From IMG/VR virus record IMGVR_UViG_3300021127_000003: a stretch of DNA of 64,000 nucleotides. One strand, written 5' to 3'. Below are positions 60,567-64,000 of the stretch, one piece after another. The position numbers were made by a program, and so were the translations under genes. The notes beneath the pieces are model-generated. The model saw only the letters and a list, made by a program, of their open reading frames with translations, ran no database searches and had not been told where the DNA came from. The DNA comes from an uncultured virus (IMG/VR IMGVR_UViG_3300021127_000003). Its lineage: Duplodnaviria; Heunggongvirae; Uroviricota; Caudoviricetes. Position 1 is the stretch's first letter; every line of letters begins with the position of its first letter.

Positions 60567-61961
60567 ATGGTTGAAAAGATATCAAATTTAAGTGATCTTG
60601 GTCCTGAATATCAATTACAATTATTTAATGAAATAATAACAGACCACAAATTTGGTTTATCAATTATTGATATTATTGATAAACAATATTTTCAAAATGA
60701 GGCCTTTTCAAAGATAGCCCACATTATTAAGGAATATTACAAAGAACATAATTGCCTTTTAAATTTCCCTGCGTTGAGAACGGAAGTCAATATGAATATT
60801 CCGATGAACGCAGAAACATTTAAACAACAACTTTTAGATACCATTGATAACATACAAAAATGTAAAATCAATAATCTAAATGTACAAGATACAGCGCAAA
60901 GATTCTGTAAAATGCAATCTTTGAAAAATGCTGTAAACAGTATCAAAAGCAAACTTGATAAAGGTATTCTACAAGATATTGATAATATCGAGGAAACATT
61001 GAAGAAAGCTTTAACTTTCAGACAAGTAGATGAACCTATCGATCTTGAATTTGAAATAGATAATGTTTTATCTGATGATTATAGAGAACCTATTCCAACT
61101 GGTATCACTGGAATAGATAACATTACAAATGGTGGTTTAGCAAGGGGTGAATTAGCACTTATAATAGCGCCACTTGGAGTAGGTAAGACAACAATGCTTA
61201 CCAAAATAGCTAATACTGCCTATAGATCAGGTAGGAATGTATTACAAATATTTTTTGAGGATAGTCCTAAAGATGTTCAGAGAAAACATTACTCTTGTTC
61301 TACAGAAATTCCGTTACCTGAATTATCTTTGCGTAAAGATGAGGTTAAAAAGAAAATCAAGATTATCAATAATCAAGAAGGTATTGGTAAATTATATATA
61401 CTTAAATTGTCCGCAGATGGTTGTACCGTTGGTGTAATTAAGAATACAATCAAAAGAATCAATTCTAAAGGCGATAAAATAGATGTATTAATTCTTGATT
61501 ATCTTGATTGTTTATCAGCAGAAAAAGAATTTGCTGGAGCAGAAGATTGGTCTAATGAAGGTAAAATTATGCGCCAAGTAGAATCAATGACAGCAGAATT
61601 AAACATTGCCAGTTGGGTAGCTACACAAGGTAATAGATCATCCACAAGTGTTGAGGTTGTAAAAACCGAAAATATGGGTGGAAACTTGAAAAAAGCACAA
61701 ATTGCTCACCTTATTGTAAGTGTTGGTAAAACTTTGGAACAGAAAGAAAATGGTAGAGCGACTATAACCATATTGAAAAATCGTATGGGTTCTGATGGAA
61801 TGATTTTCCAAAACTGCCTTTTTGACAATAAACGTATGCTTATTGATACCGAAGATGTCATATCTATACATGGTTTCGAGGATAAAGATAAGCAAAATCG
61901 TCAGAAAAGCTTGAACGAAAATTTAAGATCTAAATGGGAAAAAAATGGCGCAACCCAGTAA
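60567..61961 (+). CDS. Replicative DNA helicase (DnaB/T4 gp41-like)
   Basis: IPTGI..ID....GGL..GEL, APLGVGKT, FFED, ILDYLD, WVATQGNR, KNRMG. Confidence 0.93.
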   Translation: MVEKISNLSDLGPEYQLQLFNEIITDHKFGLSIIDIIDKQYFQNEAFSKIAHIIKEYYKEHNCLLNFPALRTEVNMNIPMNAETFKQQLLDTIDNIQKCKINNLNVQDTAQRFCKMQSLKNAVNSIKSKLDKGILQDIDNIEETLKKALTFRQVDEPIDLEFEIDNVLSDDYREPIPTGITGIDNITNGGLARGELALIIAPLGVGKTTMLTKIANTAYRSGRNVLQIFFEDSPKDVQRKHYSCSTEIPLPELSLRKDEVKKKIKIINNQEGIGKLYILKLSADGCTVGVIKNTIKRINSKGDKIDVLILDYLDCLSAEKEFAGAEDWSNEGKIMRQVESMTAELNIASWVATQGNRSSTSVEVVKTENMGGNLKKAQIAHLIVSVGKTLEQKENGRATITILKNRMGSDGMIFQNCLFDNKRMLIDTEDVISIHGFEDKDKQNRQKSLNENLRSKWEKNGATQ

Positions 61962-62036
61962 ATAACAAACTATAAAAAAATATATATAAACCTTGACAAA
62001 AATGGTTATATTTATTTTTAAAACCGATAAAAAAAA

Positions 62037-64000
62037 ATGGATATATCACAAAAAATTTTAAGCGACATTACGGTATACATGAAGTATGCCAAGTACTTAC
62101 CAGAGAAAGAAAGAAGAGAAAGCTGGGAAGATTTAGTAACAAGAAACATGGAAATGCATATTAAGAAATTTCCTATGTTAAGAGATGAAATTATAGAAAA
62201 ATACAAATTTGTATATGACAAAAAAGTATTACCTTCTATGAGATCACTTCAATTTGGCGGTAAACCAATTGAAATTTCACCAAACAGAATATACAACTGT
62301 TTTGGTAGGGAAACTGAATTTATTACATCGGAGGGAACAAAATCATTTAAGGATTTTGAACATGGAGATATTATAACTGTTTTAACACATACTGGTAGTT
62401 GGAAATCAGCCGTTGTTAAAAATTATGGTAAACAGTTTCTATCAACAGCCACCTTTAGTAGGGGTAAAAGTAAAAAAACCATCAGAGTTACCAAAAACCA
62501 TAGATGGATTTTATTTGATGGTTCTGAAACAACCGAACTTGAATTGAATAAACCACTCTTTCCAACACAAAAAAATGAAAATTTTGACTATAATGGTGCA
62601 ACACCTATGGAAAGATTATATTGGTGTTATGGTTATGTATTTGGCGATGGTACACTTCTTAAAAAGAATGGTGAAGCTAAATATTCTATGGTTAGATTGT
62701 GTGGAGATGAGGCAACTAAATATCTTTACAGATTCAAAGAAATGGGGTTTGAAACATCTACCTCTAATAGTTTGGATGGGGATATTATGGTTTATACTGG
62801 TAAATATTTAAAAACAACACCAGATATAAATATAGATGGTTTAAATATGATAAAAGCCTTTATGGATGGCTATTTATCCGCTGACGGTGCTAAAAACCCA
62901 GATTGGTATGAAAATAATACATTATCTAAATATAAATCTATACAATCTTCACAGGAAGATCATATAGATTTTCTTAAAAAATATTTGGAGGTTTGTGGTT
63001 ATTATATTACAAATATTTCTGATTTAACAGGTGAAATAACAAATTTTGGTGAACGACCATTAACTAAAGATTTTTCAATAACAAATCACATTGGTAGTAG
63101 ACCAAACACATCTTGGTCTATGACTGAAGTTAATGATTCATTTGTATCAGAAGATGTGTGGTGTCTTGAAGTTGAGGATGATAAAAGTTTTGTTTTATCT
63201 GGTGGTATTGTGACTGGTAACTGTTGTTATTTACCAATAGACTACATTGATTGCTTTAGTGAAGTAATGTTTTTATTGCTTGGTGGTACTGGTGTTGGTT
63301 ACTCAGTACAAAGACATCACGTAGAAAAATTACCAGAAATAAGAAAACCAAACCCAACAAGAAACAGAAGATTTTTGATATCTGATTCAATTGAAGGATG
63401 GGCTGACGCTATCAAAACCTTGTTAAAATCATATACAGGTGATATTTCTTCAACACCAGTATTCGATTTTTCAGATATTAGACCAAAAGGTGCAAGATTG
63501 ATTACATCTGGTGGTAAAGCTCCAGGGCCTCAACCACTTAAAGATTGTATTCATAATATTAAAAAAATATTAGATACTATAGAAGATGGTGAAAAATTAA
63601 CGCCAATTCAAGTTCATGATATTGTATGTTATATTGCAGATGCAGTACTTGCAGGAGGTATCCGTAGAGCGGCACTAATTTGTTTATTCTCCGCTGACGA
63701 TGATGAAATGATTTCTTGTAAATCTGGTGCATGGTGGGAAAATAACCCTCAAAGAGGTAGAGCGAATAATTCTGCCGTGTTACTAAGACATAAAATAACT
63801 AAAGAATTCTTTGATGATCTTTGGTTGAGAATCAAGTTGTCTGGTTCTGGAGAACCTGGTATTTATTTCACAAATGATAAGGATTGGGGTACCAACCCAT
63901 CGTTAAGGGCAGGTACAAAAGTGTTAACAACAGAAGGGATTTTTCCTATTGAGGAGTTGCAAGATAAAAGTTTTAAAGTTAAAAATTTAAATGGTGAAAT
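62037..64000 (+). CDS. nrdJ: Class II (B12-dependent) ribonucleotide reductase with two inteins; partial, runs off the right edge
   Basis: Not in the ORF track. Manual translation is open: MDISQKILSDITVYMKYAKY...LPSMRSLQFGG...RIYN|C, GGTGVGYS, DIRPKGA.L..SGG.APGP.PL, AGGIRRAALI, RANNS, GEPG, GTNP. Confidence 0.92.
   Translation, partial: MDISQKILSDITVYMKYAKYLPEKERRESWEDLVTRNMEMHIKKFPMLRDEIIEKYKFVYDKKVLPSMRSLQFGGKPIEISPNRIYNCFGRETEFITSEGTKSFKDFEHGDIITVLTHTGSWKSAVVKNYGKQFLSTATFSRGKSKKTIRVTKNHRWILFDGSETTELELNKPLFPTQKNENFDYNGATPMERLYWCYGYVFGDGTLLKKNGEAKYSMVRLCGDEATKYLYRFKEMGFETSTSNSLDGDIMVYTGKYLKTTPDINIDGLNMIKAFMDGYLSADGAKNPDWYENNTLSKYKSIQSSQEDHIDFLKKYLEVCGYYITNISDLTGEITNFGERPLTKDFSITNHIGSRPNTSWSMTEVNDSFVSEDVWCLEVEDDKSFVLSGGIVTGNCCYLPIDYIDCFSEVMFLLLGGTGVGYSVQRHHVEKLPEIRKPNPTRNRRFLISDSIEGWADAIKTLLKSYTGDISSTPVFDFSDIRPKGARLITSGGKAPGPQPLKDCIHNIKKILDTIEDGEKLTPIQVHDIVCYIADAVLAGGIRRAALICLFSADDDEMISCKSGAWWENNPQRGRANNSAVLLRHKITKEFFDDLWLRIKLSGSGEPGIYFTNDKDWGTNPSLRAGTKVLTTEGIFPIEELQDKSFKVKNLNGE
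62298..63221 (+). mobile_element. Intein 1 in RNR, 308 aa, LAGLIDADG type
   Basis: CFGRETEFIT..., block B TKNHRW, YGYVFGDG and FMDGYLSADG, block F VWCLEV, ends IVTGN before Cys+1. Confidence 0.9.
63900..64000 (+). mobile_element. Intein 2 in RNR (N-terminal part only)
   Basis: After GTNP the expected C.E is replaced by intein block A SLRAGTKVLTTEGIFPIEEL. Confidence 0.85.

Noticed and set aside
1..64000. Stop-codon reassignment as in some large Bacteroidota phages
   Set aside because: Code 11 gives dense full-length genes; TAG (e.g. 24596, 34484) and TGA (e.g. 8688, 10011, 35274) end genes at sensible boundaries
1..64000. tRNA, rRNA or riboswitch genes (e.g. cobalamin riboswitch before nrdJ)
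   Set aside because: Intergenic gaps are short and AT-rich; no cloverleaf or riboswitch-like sequence seen by eye. A covariance-model search would be needed to exclude them

Overview
A 64 kb segment of a large, very AT-rich, T4-like contractile-tailed phage genome, probably infecting Bacteroidota: TTG-N19/20-TAnnT(T/A)T(G/A) promoters precede the early operons, I saw no obvious Shine-Dalgarno motifs, and the SSB ends in DDLPF. The left ~28 kb is mostly minus strand. It holds a gp55-like sigma factor and a long early operon with about six glycosyltransferases plus a nonulosonic (sialic-type) acid module (NeuB, capless HAD phosphatase, NeuA, Maf/DUF115-like transferase), PhoH, dUTPase and an HD protein. 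It also holds WYL and DUF397-like genes, a family B DNA polymerase with a ~120-aa macrodomain-like insertion in its proofreading domain, a neck protein, a Gp88-like Fe-S protein and an SNF2 helicase with a class 3 intein. The right ~36 kb is mostly plus strand: head-tail joining, sheath, tube, hub chaperones, tape measure, giant baseplate proteins, SSB, RecA/UvsX, 5'-3' exonuclease, DnaB-like helicase and a truncated class II ribonucleotide reductase with two inteins. Best candidates for novel biology are the macrodomain-bearing polymerase, the phage-encoded KDN/sialic-acid glycosylation system with a recurrent (S/T)G-x-(T/S) motif in virion proteins, and a promoter-fed palindromic GGWCC array between sheath and tube (candidate origin). 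All family assignments are from motif recognition by eye; no searches were run.
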